Source: a phage
Strand: one strand, 5' to 3'
Length of the DNA: 64,000 nucleotides
Assembly (NCBI GenBank): GCA_027263115.1
Contig: GCA_027263115.1_3656.1
How positions within the stretch are numbered: the first letter of the stretch is position 1; every line of letters begins with the position of its first letter. Positions 16,867 through 25,615 of the stretch are shown one piece after another. The translations under genes and the position numbers were made by a program. Under the pieces are notes generated by a model. It saw nothing but the letters and a program-made list of their open reading frames with translations. It was not told the DNA's origin and did not search any database.

Positions 16867-17082
16867 TCAGTCCAGCGGTTCATCCTCTACTTCACTGAAA
16901 TCAATGTTCATGGTCTCTTCCCAACCATCGATCTCAGCACAAGAGTGGAGTTCTTTAGGGTTTACTCCCAAAGCCTCAGCAACAGAGTCTATATTTAACA
17001 CCTCTGGCAGGTATGATTCATCGAATTCAAGGTAAATCAGGCCACGAGTGTTGTCAGCTCCACCAAATATCTCTATCTTCAT
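16867..17082 (-). CDS. hypothetical protein (distal end of leftward block)
   Basis: 71 aa, ATG preceded by GAGGAG on minus strand; N-terminus MKIEI like several upstream paralogs. Confidence 0.5.
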   Translation of the reverse strand: MKIEIFGGADNTRGLIYLEFDESYLPEVLNIDSVAEALGVNPKELHSCAEIDGWEETMNIDFSEVEDEPLD

Positions 17083-17203
17083 AAAATCTCCTCTGGGAAT
17101 GAAAGTGTGAACAGGGTTTTATACGTTCTAATGCACAGGAATTATACACGTTTGCCTCTTCAGGCCATGCTTTAGCATGAGGAACCTGTGTGGGCTCGGT
17201 GCT

Positions 17204-17416
17204 TCATAGTCTACCACCTCTGAACTCTTCGTGCTCAGGCATAATAGAGAACCAGATATCTACGATGTCCTCCCACGTCAGGTCATCAGCCTCAGGATCT
17301 GTCTGGGACGAAGATGAAGAGTCCTCAGAATCTAAGTTTTCCTCTTTAACTGGCTCATCCAAGGGACATATGGTCACTCCTTCGGATGTCTCTTCAGATG
17401 CATGTGTGTTGATCAT
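17204..17416 (-). CDS. small acidic hypothetical protein
   Basis: 70 aa, weak SD GGGTGG; very Asp/Glu/Ser-rich. Confidence 0.4.
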   Translation of the reverse strand: MINTHASEETSEGVTICPLDEPVKEENLDSEDSSSSSQTDPEADDLTWEDIVDIWFSIMPEHEEFRGGRL

Positions 17417-17776
17417 GTTCCACCCGTGAGTATTCCGGCAACAGCCGCTATGGAAGTAATGATCATCAGGATCACCACTAAAACTTCAGACAATGTTCTC
17501 ATTGTGTATTCCATATTCTCCAAACTGTGTGTGGATACTATCACGGGAGCGGTAATGTGTCAACAGCAACGCCGCGAGGGTTTGGTTAAAATCCGAGCGT
17601 ATGGTGATTTGGGTCAAAACGGACGTGCGTTCTCGCTACGCTCGAAAGAGAGACTTGTTTGTAGAAAGCTCTTAAACGCTCTGTAACGAGATTATCTGTC
17701 CAAGGTATGCAATCGTGCACCAGATAAAGAAAAGGACGCCACAGAGCGTCCTAGGTGTCTTAAATTTGATATTTTG

Positions 17777-18088
17777 CTATACCCATGATGGCTTATCAAG
17801 GTTGGAGTAGCTGAAAGGTGTCAAAAGGTGACTGTCAAAATCTCTCAAACTATCCAGATCTTTTTCCTCGTCCTGACACCATCTGTGCCTGCATTTATTG
17901 TTGTAGTGCATAGAATGCATGGCGTTCTGCAACTTAACAGGCACAAGTGATTCCGGAGTAGATAGTATTGTTGGGTATGCCAGAACCACCTCAAACAGTG
18001 GAAACACATCGAAACTAAAATCTACCTCTGCAGAGGTTGATGGCATGTAGGAGTATTTAGCCGTCTTTGTAGACATAATCCACCTCAC
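17777..18088 (-). CDS. hypothetical protein
   Basis: 103 aa, ATGA coupling with upstream gene. Confidence 0.5.
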   Translation of the reverse strand: MRWIMSTKTAKYSYMPSTSAEVDFSFDVFPLFEVVLAYPTILSTPESLVPVKLQNAMHSMHYNNKCRHRWCQDEEKDLDSLRDFDSHLLTPFSYSNLDKPSWV

Positions 18089-18411
18089 ACAGGTTTGATA
18101 ATACCTTTACCGAATAATTCTTCGTATCTAATCTTATCCGGATCCCACTCTTGGATAATTTCGAAGACAATATCCAACCCAGGGATAATCACTTCTCCAG
18201 TGTCAAGTTTGGCAAGAACAAAACCAGAAGGCTGAATGGTTTCCCAGTTGCGCCGATTGGAATAGAAGACCTCGAAAATATCGCCGACCTTTATCTGTTG
18301 ATCAAGATGTTCAAGATTCTCTTTCATATAGACGCAGCGGATTTTTCGTGCAGGCCATAGACCACCTGCATCACGTTCATTTAGCTCTTTTACAGTAATC
18401 GGTATACCCAT
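18085..18411 (-). CDS. hypothetical protein
   Basis: 108 aa in tiled leftward array. Confidence 0.55.
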   Translation of the reverse strand: MGIPITVKELNERDAGGLWPARKIRCVYMKENLEHLDQQIKVGDIFEVFYSNRRNWETIQPSGFVLAKLDTGEVIIPGLDIVFEIIQEWDPDKIRYEELFGKGIIKPV

Positions 18412-18433
18412 CTCAAATCTCCTTCATAGATAG

Positions 18434-18464
18434 TAAAAAGAGGGGCCCAAGCCCCCCCTCTTTG
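18434..18464 (-). terminator. hairpin terminator (G/C-rich stem, T-run on minus strand)
   Basis: AGAGGGGG...CCCCTCT stem between genes 18468..18773 and 18085..18411. Confidence 0.5.
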
Positions 18465-18467
18465 TCA

Positions 18468-18773
18468 TTATTCTACAGAGCGTTTGAACAGAATGTCTGC
18501 CTCAGACATGTGCTCAACCTCTTCTTCGATTTTAGCGCGACGTTTTTCAGCCTCATAGCGAATATCGAACTCGGTAGCCACCAGAGATTTGATGAATTTA
18601 GGAGAATACAGGTGATCCTGCTTCTCAACGAGAATGATATCCTTAATGGCATCTTTCAGATCTTTAATCTGAAGTTGGAGTTCTACCAGTTCTTCGATTG
18701 TTTTGCGAAGGCGATCACGCTCTGCAGTGTCAGAAGGAAGAGAGGTGAACAGTTCAACTTTAGATTTAGCCAT
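18468..18773 (-). CDS. hypothetical protein
   Basis: 101 aa, coiled-coil-like, tiled array. Confidence 0.55.
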   Translation of the reverse strand: MAKSKVELFTSLPSDTAERDRLRKTIEELVELQLQIKDLKDAIKDIILVEKQDHLYSPKFIKSLVATEFDIRYEAEKRRAKIEEEVEHMSEADILFKRSVE

Positions 18774-18801
18774 AGTAAGAGTCTCCTTATGTTGTTTTAA
18801 A

Positions 18802-19119
18802 TTAACGTTCTACAAAAATACCGTTCAGTTCAATAACCAGGAATTTCTGGTCTTCACTATCGTCTCGTGCCAGCACCTCACAGACGTATCGGTCATCCCC
18901 ATCATCATCGCAGTCAAATACAAGACTGAGGACTTTATCATGGTAAACCTTCGCCACTACCGCCTCGTAAGTATTGCCGATTGTGAATCCAAGATAATCT
19001 CCGATGCATTTGACAACAACATGGTCTCCAGCATTTAAGTCAATCTTCGTCATTACTGCGCTCCTTGGGTAATAATACTGTATGTAAAACTTTAACCAGA
19101 GATGTGAATAACGCCCCAA
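18802..19119 (-). CDS. hypothetical protein
   Basis: 105 aa, tiled array. Confidence 0.55.
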   Translation of the reverse strand: MGRYSHLWLKFYIQYYYPRSAVMTKIDLNAGDHVVVKCIGDYLGFTIGNTYEAVVAKVYHDKVLSLVFDCDDDGDDRYVCEVLARDDSEDQKFLVIELNGIFVER

Positions 19120-19208
19120 AACACACCGATAGCGCTAAAACAGACAAGGCCATCATTAAAGCTTCAGTAAAATCAGTCATTCCTCACCTCTTGTTAGTCA
19201 CTATACTA

Positions 19209-19472
19209 TCATTTATCCTTGTCGTCAAGAACTTTTTTAAATCTTTCAGGGATATCTCCCGTTCTTAGATAGTTCATGACCTCGCAAGGTTCCCACTTGA
19301 ATTTCTTACAGAGCAGGGCGGCTGAGATTGTTTCATTGCGAAAAGAAAGGATATTAATATCCCACTCTGAGAACCCCAACTTCCGAAGGGTAGCTACAGA
19401 AATCCTCACCGCAACCCAGCAGCAAAAACATGCAACAAACGCCACTGCTACAACCCACATCAGGATGTTCAT
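19209..19472 (-). CDS. hypothetical membrane protein
   Basis: 87 aa, N-terminal TM helix. Confidence 0.5.
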   Translation of the reverse strand: MNILMWVVAVAFVACFCCWVAVRISVATLRKLGFSEWDINILSFRNETISAALLCKKFKWEPCEVMNYLRTGDIPERFKKVLDDKDK

Positions 19473-19561
19473 ATAAGCACCTTACTGAAATACAAGACAC
19501 AGTGTTAAGGTTACTGACCAGCAAATAATTAACAGTGCCGTTGCAACCTTGGCAAGATTTA

Positions 19562-19849
19562 TCATAGTGCCTCTAAGATTTCATATCCTTCGGGTCGGAA
19601 TACAAGCCACTCCGTGGCTCCGTTTGGTCGATACGCTTTATACAGAACAACCTGGTCTCGGCACATGCACATGGCTACATAGTTTTCATCCACACCTGCA
19701 GCCTGCATTGCATCTTCTTCTCCGGCAACTGCTTTGCTTACAACTTCCTTGGTAGGCAGGTGTGCGATCAGCTCGTCACCATCATTAATTCCAAAATGGC
19801 TGAGTTCGCCGTTGGTATCTTTAATCTTAATCTTAACCAGATCTTTCAT
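19562..19849 (-). CDS. hypothetical protein
   Basis: 95 aa; stop overlaps next start. Confidence 0.55.
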   Translation of the reverse strand: MKDLVKIKIKDTNGELSHFGINDGDELIAHLPTKEVVSKAVAGEEDAMQAAGVDENYVAMCMCRDQVVLYKAYRPNGATEWLVFRPEGYEILEAL

Positions 19850-20178
19850 TAGTCTTCCCCCAGGTTCAAAGGTCCTAAGATTTCATATGCCAGATTAGAA
19901 GTTACAAGAGGGTCTTCTGCGTCTTTAGTATTATACCACCCGTGAATAACCAGAGTCCCACTTTGTTTCATGTCCAACTGGAACTCTTCTGCCGTTTCCT
20001 CATCCAGCTCCAAGATTTCCATAAGGTATTTGATGTTAGGGAGGTATGCAGCTGTTACAGTCCCCTCTACCAGACCTTCAGGCCAACCTACATCTGGATG
20101 ACAAGTAGGAACCAGGTTGGTCAGCTTAATGGTGTACGCTTTTTCTGCACGAGCCTTCAGTAACGGGTCAATCTTCAT
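19849..20178 (-). CDS. hypothetical protein
   Basis: 109 aa; 1-nt overlaps on both sides. Confidence 0.55.
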   Translation of the reverse strand: MKIDPLLKARAEKAYTIKLTNLVPTCHPDVGWPEGLVEGTVTAAYLPNIKYLMEILELDEETAEEFQLDMKQSGTLVIHGWYNTKDAEDPLVTSNLAYEILGPLNLGED

Positions 20179-20528
20179 TATTCGTCCTCCTCTTCGGTAC
20201 CTGCTTCCAGTAATAAGTTAAGAATATCTTCTGCACAAGGTTCATAGAACTCTTGGCCTTCATTATCGATGATTTTGTAGTCATCTCCACGAATAATCAG
20301 GGGATCACTCTCAAAATTATCGAGACCTTTAACAACGACAACACGATCGATTGCCATCATTGTAAGAACTTTATCGACATCTTCCTCTGCTACACCATAC
20401 TGCAGCAGAATGTCTTTGGTAGGAGGAACAGCATCCACCACAACGCCGTTACCAAAACCTTCTGGAAGTTTAGCTAAAATATCTTCCGGAACCACATTCA
20501 CATCAAAACCGGTAATTTCTACTTTCAT
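20178..20528 (-). CDS. hypothetical protein (MKVEITG paralog family)
   Basis: 116 aa; acidic C-terminus. Confidence 0.55.
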   Translation of the reverse strand: MKVEITGFDVNVVPEDILAKLPEGFGNGVVVDAVPPTKDILLQYGVAEEDVDKVLTMMAIDRVVVVKGLDNFESDPLIIRGDDYKIIDNEGQEFYEPCAEDILNLLLEAGTEEEDE

Positions 20529-20789
20529 TTACAGCACCTCTTCGTCAACTACTTCATAAAAATGGCCTGGGATTGCAATAGCGTTCTCACCTTCACCTAC
20601 AAACACAGTTCCGTCAAGAATCAACATCATAAGAATTTCTGTAATATCCTCTTCCGGAACGTTGCCAAAACCTTTAATCAGCTCGTAGGTTGGAATATTT
20701 ACCTCTAAGATGTCACCATCTTTAGAACGGAAATCAACACCGTCCTGAATCTCTGCCGTTTCAAGGTTTTTCAATTTAATCTTCATCAA
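20529..20789 (-). CDS. hypothetical protein (MKIKL paralog family)
   Basis: 86 aa; minus-strand promoter TTGACA-N17-AATAAT at about 20819-20847. Confidence 0.55.
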   Translation of the reverse strand: MMKIKLKNLETAEIQDGVDFRSKDGDILEVNIPTYELIKGFGNVPEEDITEILMMLILDGTVFVGEGENAIAIPGHFYEVVDEEVL

Positions 20790-20865
20790 TCGGTCCCCTG
20801 TCTTGTTAAGATGAAGGTATTATTTCACACAGGGTTGGCGTTGTCAACACCTGTGTGCAAGAAAA

Positions 20866-21261
20866 TTACTGAAACAGTGCGGATAAATTACCTTCTGGTG
20901 GGAACTTATCTGCCAAAAACGGTGTTAGCACAGTAGCCTTCTGAAGATCTGGGGTCCACTCGTTGTTCAGAACATCCCAGTAGTACGCAATGTTGCTGTG
21001 TGGGTGCCGCATTACGAACTTTTTCCCTTCGTAGTCATCTGAAACCTCTACAGAAGAAATAACAACAGAATCTTCAAGGGTTTCTTCATAGAAAGATCCA
21101 CCTTCAAATTTCCAACGAGATGCAAGAGCCCCTGCCTTGAACGCTGCAGATAACGGACTGTCGGCAAGAACATACATTTCTTGCACTCTGTCGCTGCGAT
21201 CTTTGCTTCTTACGTTGTATACAGTATCTGAGCTATACTCAACACGGTATAGGCTTACCAT
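20866..21261 (-). CDS. hypothetical protein (paralog of 23068..23466)
   Basis: 131 aa; shares HP...YYW...WTP motifs with 23068..23466. Confidence 0.55.
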   Translation of the reverse strand: MVSLYRVEYSSDTVYNVRSKDRSDRVQEMYVLADSPLSAAFKAGALASRWKFEGGSFYEETLEDSVVISSVEVSDDYEGKKFVMRHPHSNIAYYWDVLNNEWTPDLQKATVLTPFLADKFPPEGNLSALFQ

Positions 21262-21593
21262 TACCGCACCTCCTCAATAACTTCCACATCTGAACCTACC
21301 ACAAATGCAAAAGGACAGGTTTCATGAAAGATATCCGGATCGCCGCCAAGCTTGCTAACAATTTCTCCACCACTAATAAACACAAGCTCACCGATATTCA
21401 TCAGATTGCTGAAATAGTACCCATAATGATTAAAGAATGCAGCAGGGTCAGGTAGACTAGTAGCCTCAAGCACTACATCGGTTGAGGTTACTTTCTTATC
21501 ATAACCTCTCGCCTTTTGAGATGCAAGATCTGCAGAATCCTCAGGCGACCGGAGATGCATAGGAATTGTTTCACCAATAAAGCGTACTTTCAT
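21261..21593 (-). CDS. hypothetical protein
   Basis: ATG after GGTGA (track ORF 21261..21620 opens with TTG). Confidence 0.5.
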   Translation of the reverse strand: MKVRFIGETIPMHLRSPEDSADLASQKARGYDKKVTSTDVVLEATSLPDPAAFFNHYGYYFSNLMNIGELVFISGGEIVSKLGGDPDIFHETCPFAFVVGSDVEVIEEVR

Positions 21594-21597
21594 ATTA

Positions 21598-21861
21598 TCA
21601 CCCAACAACCATAGCTTCAAAAGGAGTCATGAACGAATAAACGGCATCATCATCTGCTTCAGGGAATGCTCCCAAAGACTTCATATCTGAGCCCTTGACA
21701 AATACAAGGTTTTGATCAAAGGCTTCTTGGGGGTCAATCCGATACATATTTCGTAAAATATCGCTTACCTCCTCATCAAGAGGTGAGTATGCTGTGCACG
21801 TTTTTCCGATCAAGCTTTGAGAATCAGGGTATCCACCTGAAGTTTTAAAATAAACAATCAT
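21598..21861 (-). CDS. hypothetical protein
   Basis: 87 aa, tiled array. Confidence 0.5.
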   Translation of the reverse strand: MIVYFKTSGGYPDSQSLIGKTCTAYSPLDEEVSDILRNMYRIDPQEAFDQNLVFVKGSDMKSLGAFPEADDDAVYSFMTPFEAMVVG

Positions 21862-21952
21862 ATAGTATCACCTCTGGTAAGAGATTGGGACTCCTTTCCC
21901 ACAAATAATTACAAATCTTCCTTAGCGAGGAAGTATGCTAATCCAAGCAGGA

Positions 21953-22222
21953 TTATTCCTCTACAATCTCATACACATCAGGAGTTACAATCAACTCTTC
22001 TCCGTTACCCGGTGCAACAAACACCACCAAACCTTCAGGTGTGTGCTTTTTAGCCATCTCGATAACATCTTCTCGCAGAGCTGGCTCCATCAGATCAAAA
22101 CCTTCACCTAGGGCATCACGAACCACCTTCATATAGTCCACTGGTTGTGCTTCAACAATCATGCCTTCAACCAGTCCACAATTTTTGTCTGCCAGCTCAG
22201 TTTGGAATAATTTAATTTTCAT
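21953..22222 (-). CDS. hypothetical protein (MKIKL paralog family)
   Basis: 89 aa; C-terminal VYEIVEE. Confidence 0.55.
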   Translation of the reverse strand: MKIKLFQTELADKNCGLVEGMIVEAQPVDYMKVVRDALGEGFDLMEPALREDVIEMAKKHTPEGLVVFVAPGNGEELIVTPDVYEIVEE

Positions 22223-22248
22223 TTAGAGGTCTCCTCAATTATTTGATA

Positions 22249-22350
22249 TTAATAGCCGTAACCTAACACATTAACTACAACTGCGATTGCAAACATAATT
22301 TCAAAGCATGCAATCTCTACACTTGGGACTAATTTCTTAATCACGCCCAT
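22249..22350 (-). CDS. small hydrophobic peptide (33 aa)
   Basis: ATG after GGAGAATGAGGTG on minus strand, just downstream of hpf. Confidence 0.35.
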   Translation of the reverse strand: MGVIKKLVPSVEIACFEIMFAIAVVVNVLGYGY

Positions 22351-22359
22351 TGTAGCACC

Positions 22360-22677
22360 TCATTCTCCAAAGTCAATCTTTACTTTTCCTTTCCCTTTAC
22401 CTTTCTTTCCACCGCATTTAGCCAGCTGACGTGCTGCAACATCTACCATACGGTCAGTTGCCTCGTAAGCATCACTGCCTTTAGCTTTGGCAATAACTTC
22501 TTTTCCAGAAGTGTCAAAAATGAACGCCATAACTTCCTGGTGATCATTTTCAACTTTTACACTTACACGTGCATGATTTACAGAAGGATGTAGACGCTCC
22601 AGTTTTGACATTTTGTGGGAAATGAAAGACACCATACCTTCGGTGATTTCTACGTTGCCAGTAATCTCAATTTGCAT
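22360..22677 (-). CDS. hpf: ribosome hibernation promoting factor (HPF/RaiA family)
   Basis: 105 aa; MQIEITGNVEITEGM...LERLHP...ARVSVKVE...EVIAKAKGSDAYEATDRMVDVAARQLAK parallels E. coli HPF; lysine-rich tail. Confidence 0.8.
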   Translation of the reverse strand: MQIEITGNVEITEGMVSFISHKMSKLERLHPSVNHARVSVKVENDHQEVMAFIFDTSGKEVIAKAKGSDAYEATDRMVDVAARQLAKCGGKKGKGKGKVKIDFGE

Positions 22678-22724
22678 AACGTGTTCCTTTTAAAGAAGAG
22701 AGAATAACTCTCTCTTTGAAAACA

Positions 22725-22753
22725 ATAATACTATAACTGAAGCGTTGTGTCAA
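22725..22753 (-). promoter_or_regulatory. sigma70-type promoter TTGACA-N17-TATTAT (minus strand) for hpf
   Basis: Consensus hexamers, followed on minus strand by an AGAGAG/CTCTCT leader hairpin. Confidence 0.55.
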
Positions 22754-22759
22754 CAGTTT

Positions 22760-23050
22760 TTACAGATTGTTGTCGATAGTATTTAAAATATCTACAGCAA
22801 GATCTGCCATTTTTCGAACATACTCTGCAAACTCAACAGGATCCTTGATCAAAGAATTCACAGGGTCGTACCCTAGAGCGTTTAAAATGGCTGCAGCATC
22901 TACAACCTTCTCATCATTTGCGAAGATCTCTCCGTCAAACTTGTAGGTCCATTTTGAGTCAACCTTAGCAGAGCAGGGTTTGTCCATGCTTGTTACACCA
23001 TCGTCTTTAAACTCTCCTGCGTTATCAATATTTAGAATTAAATCCATCAT
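22760..23050 (-). CDS. hypothetical protein
   Basis: 96 aa, tiled array. Confidence 0.55.
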   Translation of the reverse strand: MMDLILNIDNAGEFKDDGVTSMDKPCSAKVDSKWTYKFDGEIFANDEKVVDAAAILNALGYDPVNSLIKDPVEFAEYVRKMADLAVDILNTIDNNL

Positions 23051-23067
23051 GGTGACACCTCACTGTT

Positions 23068-23466
23068 TCAGTTTAGCTTTTCTTCAACAACCCCATAACT
23101 TGGGGCAGAGTCAAGAGCTTTCTGGTTTAAAAGTGGCGTAGCAGAATCTGCAAACGGTGTCCAAGTTTTTGTTCTGGCATTCCAGTAATGCTTCACTCTG
23201 GAATCTGGATGCACTATAACAAAAACTTTTTCACTTGTCAACACATTAATTTCTTCTACACCCTTGCTGATAATTTCTCCGTCATAGCCCCCAGTCTGGT
23301 ATCCTTCGTACCAGGTTCTTGCATAGGCATAGCCAGCCTGCCAGCATGCAGCCTCCTCCGAGGTGGAGACTACGTAGAAGTCTTTCTCAAATTCTGGAAT
23401 ACGCCCTTGCTTTACGCTCCAAGCCCCGCGAATTTTCATTGTAACTTTAAACAGTTTATTTTTCAC
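23068..23466 (-). CDS. hypothetical protein (paralog of 20866..21261)
   Basis: 132 aa; shared HPDSRVKHYWNARTKTWTP-type motif. Confidence 0.55.
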   Translation of the reverse strand: MKNKLFKVTMKIRGAWSVKQGRIPEFEKDFYVVSTSEEAACWQAGYAYARTWYEGYQTGGYDGEIISKGVEEINVLTSEKVFVIVHPDSRVKHYWNARTKTWTPFADSATPLLNQKALDSAPSYGVVEEKLN

Positions 23467-23478
23467 AACGGTTACCCA

Positions 23479-23733
23479 TCACAGCTCTACAATATCTGCA
23501 TCTGACCCTACCCCAAAGGCATAGTAGGACTCTTCCCCGAAATAATATTCAGGTGCACCAGCGGTGATCAGGTCTGATCCCAAGATAAACACCACGTTGT
23601 GGCCTACATAACTGTGATGTTGCCGCACAGGATCATCCCACGGCAACCCTTCAAAGTATACCGCAGGAACGACCTTTCCATTCAGGAAGGATTGTCCCAA
23701 GTAGACGTTAGAATCAAGAATTTTAACCTTCAT
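23479..23733 (-). CDS. hypothetical protein (MKVK / DLIAAGA paralog family)
   Basis: 84 aa; motifs MKVKILDS, DLITAGA. Confidence 0.55.
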   Translation of the reverse strand: MKVKILDSNVYLGQSFLNGKVVPAVYFEGLPWDDPVRQHHSYVGHNVVFILGSDLITAGAPEYYFGEESYYAFGVGSDADIVEL

Positions 23734-23950
23734 GATCGTCCTCCACTACCTCTACATCCTCACCTAGGGCAAAGTTATAGGTCCACTGACTGTCAAAGCA
23801 TTCCTGAGATGCACCAGCGGCAATAAGATCTGCTCCTTTTATTTTTAAAAGGTCAGGGTAATCTTCGTTAGGGACAGCAGTAAACACTTTTCCTACTAAA
23901 GGCTCCTGACCAATATAGAAGCTTGAATCTAAAACTTTAACTTTCATCAA
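23723..23950 (-). CDS. hypothetical protein (MKVK / DLIAAGA paralog family)
   Basis: 75 aa; motifs MKVKVLDS, DLIAAGA, VEVVEDD. Confidence 0.55.
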   Translation of the reverse strand: MMKVKVLDSSFYIGQEPLVGKVFTAVPNEDYPDLLKIKGADLIAAGASQECFDSQWTYNFALGEDVEVVEDDHEG

Positions 23951-24234
23951 CGGTCTCCATCAGGTGGTTGTGGGACGTAAACACTGTTACGAATATCGTC
24001 AGCAGTGTAGTAATAAGTGGTTCCAACCCTGTCTCGGGCTGCAATGTACTCTGCTATACCAATAAGTGCCATTGATTTGGTGGCGTATCTTCCCAACTCG
24101 TTAGCTCCCCAGTAGAATTTAGACCAGTAGGGAATAAGACCGAACAAATATACCTTTTGACGAACTTCCCAGTAAGTGCCTTTTCCGACAAGTTTAAACT
24201 CTACTTCACTACTGTTAATCTTTTTCATTATCAA
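23947..24234 (-). CDS. hypothetical protein
   Basis: 95 aa, ATGA coupling. Confidence 0.55.
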   Translation of the reverse strand: MIMKKINSSEVEFKLVGKGTYWEVRQKVYLFGLIPYWSKFYWGANELGRYATKSMALIGIAEYIAARDRVGTTYYYTADDIRNSVYVPQPPDGDR

Positions 24235-24527
24235 TCTCCCTCTACCGTGGTCGGATTGTCAGTAAGAAATTGAGCATTGGCTGGAGGCACGCCTGACATT
24301 TTCCACACAACCATAAGTTTGTAACCAGGCACTCTATTAAGTGCAGATCGAGTAGAGTTTGTGCACGTATACTTTCGCTTTCCAAACCCGTTCTCCATCA
24401 TAATCCAGTACCCAGTATCTTTGTCACCAGGTATCGGTAGACCACCTTCATCAACCCACTGAATGGACCACGGCACGATGGCTACAGCTTTATATTTAAA
24501 CTTTTTAAACCACTCAAAAAGTTTCAT
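24231..24527 (-). CDS. hypothetical protein
   Basis: 98 aa, ATGA coupling. Confidence 0.55.
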   Translation of the reverse strand: MKLFEWFKKFKYKAVAIVPWSIQWVDEGGLPIPGDKDTGYWIMMENGFGKRKYTCTNSTRSALNRVPGYKLMVVWKMSGVPPANAQFLTDNPTTVEGD

Positions 24528-24712
24528 AATTCAGCCTCGCTTGGCAACTCTTCTACCTTAACATGCCGAAAAGTGTTACCGTAATGGTTGATCCATGACA
24601 TCAGCTCGCTTTCTTGCTCTTCCTCTGGGATGAACTCTCGAATGCTGACAAGTTTTAAGAAAACCCAATCACAATCTGCACCCATTCTACCAGACAGGCA
24701 ATAGTGCTTCAT
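24524..24712 (-). CDS. hypothetical protein
   Basis: 62 aa, ATGA coupling. Confidence 0.5.
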   Translation of the reverse strand: MKHYCLSGRMGADCDWVFLKLVSIREFIPEEEQESELMSWINHYGNTFRHVKVEELPSEAEL

Positions 24713-24730
24713 AAAACCCTCCTGCCTGGT

Positions 24731-24925
24731 TTAGAATATTGCTTCTTCCATTGCGCCTGAGAGCAACAAAGAGGTGATCTGGCTAACATTCATCTCAGAC
24801 TCTACTTCCTCCCCTTTGAAAGGTTCGCGGCAGAATAGGACTGTTTCAGGACTTTTACTTCGAACAATATAATACAAATCATTCAATGTGTTGTAGTAAT
24901 AAGTGTTAAAACGTAAGTTTTTCAT
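24731..24925 (-). CDS. hypothetical protein
   Basis: 64 aa. Confidence 0.5.
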   Translation of the reverse strand: MKNLRFNTYYYNTLNDLYYIVRSKSPETVLFCREPFKGEEVESEMNVSQITSLLLSGAMEEAIF

Positions 24926-25209
24926 TTTCTAGTCCTCTTCTTAGATTTTTGGGGAGAAACGCTTTCTGCAATACGAGACAGACGTTCTTCTGAAGCCTTA
25001 CCTACTCCAGGTTTTTTGAGTGGATTATCTTTATGACCACAATCCAACTGGATATTGGATACCTCTCCAACTTTGTAAGTCAATTCTAGCAAAAGGTTGT
25101 CGTCCTTGTCAAATGTTTTTACGATAAATTTTTTATCGTTCTCCTGAACTTCATATCTGGTACCTGCAGTATACAGCATGGTGCCATCAGCATAGGATAT
25201 CCAGATCAT
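24922..25209 (-). CDS. hypothetical protein
   Basis: 95 aa, ATGA coupling. Confidence 0.55.
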   Translation of the reverse strand: MIWISYADGTMLYTAGTRYEVQENDKKFIVKTFDKDDNLLLELTYKVGEVSNIQLDCGHKDNPLKKPGVGKASEERLSRIAESVSPQKSKKRTRK

Positions 25210-25553
25210 TGAGCCTCCTTTTGCTGCAACAGCATTAACTCTTTGTTAGAGATCTTTACTGCTGTTTTTATTGTTCCATCTTCACGAAACCACGACCAGA
25301 ACTCTACAGTGTCACCACTATCAAGTAAAGCATGCCCATGGTAAAAATCTTTGTCCTTAGACAGTTTCTCATCTATATCTGCATCAACACATTCGTGATC
25401 CATAGCATTTTGCCTGAACGCATCGGTTATGCCAATGCACGCCTTGCTCTCAAGACTGGTATATCCGATATCTTTTAATTCAGTTTCCCAAGTCCAGTAC
25501 CCTATAAAAGCTAAAACAGCTACCCACAGTAATAACGTTTTAATCTTTGGCAT
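25206..25553 (-). CDS. hypothetical protein with N-terminal signal/anchor
   Basis: 115 aa; hydrophobic N-terminus LLLWVAVLAFIGYW. Confidence 0.55.
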   Translation of the reverse strand: MPKIKTLLLWVAVLAFIGYWTWETELKDIGYTSLESKACIGITDAFRQNAMDHECVDADIDEKLSKDKDFYHGHALLDSGDTVEFWSWFREDGTIKTAVKISNKELMLLQQKEAQ

Positions 25554-25615
25554 TCTCTCTACCTCTTTCTTAGTTTATTTCACTATGGCACATCCTTTGT
25601 GCCATATCTCAACTA

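Noticed and set aside
14387-17537. DnaA-box cluster
   Set aside because: The recurring motif TGTGTGG(G/T)A differs from the DnaA box reverse complement TGTGGATAA at two or more positions in most copies; only one copy near 17529 is a 1-mismatch match.
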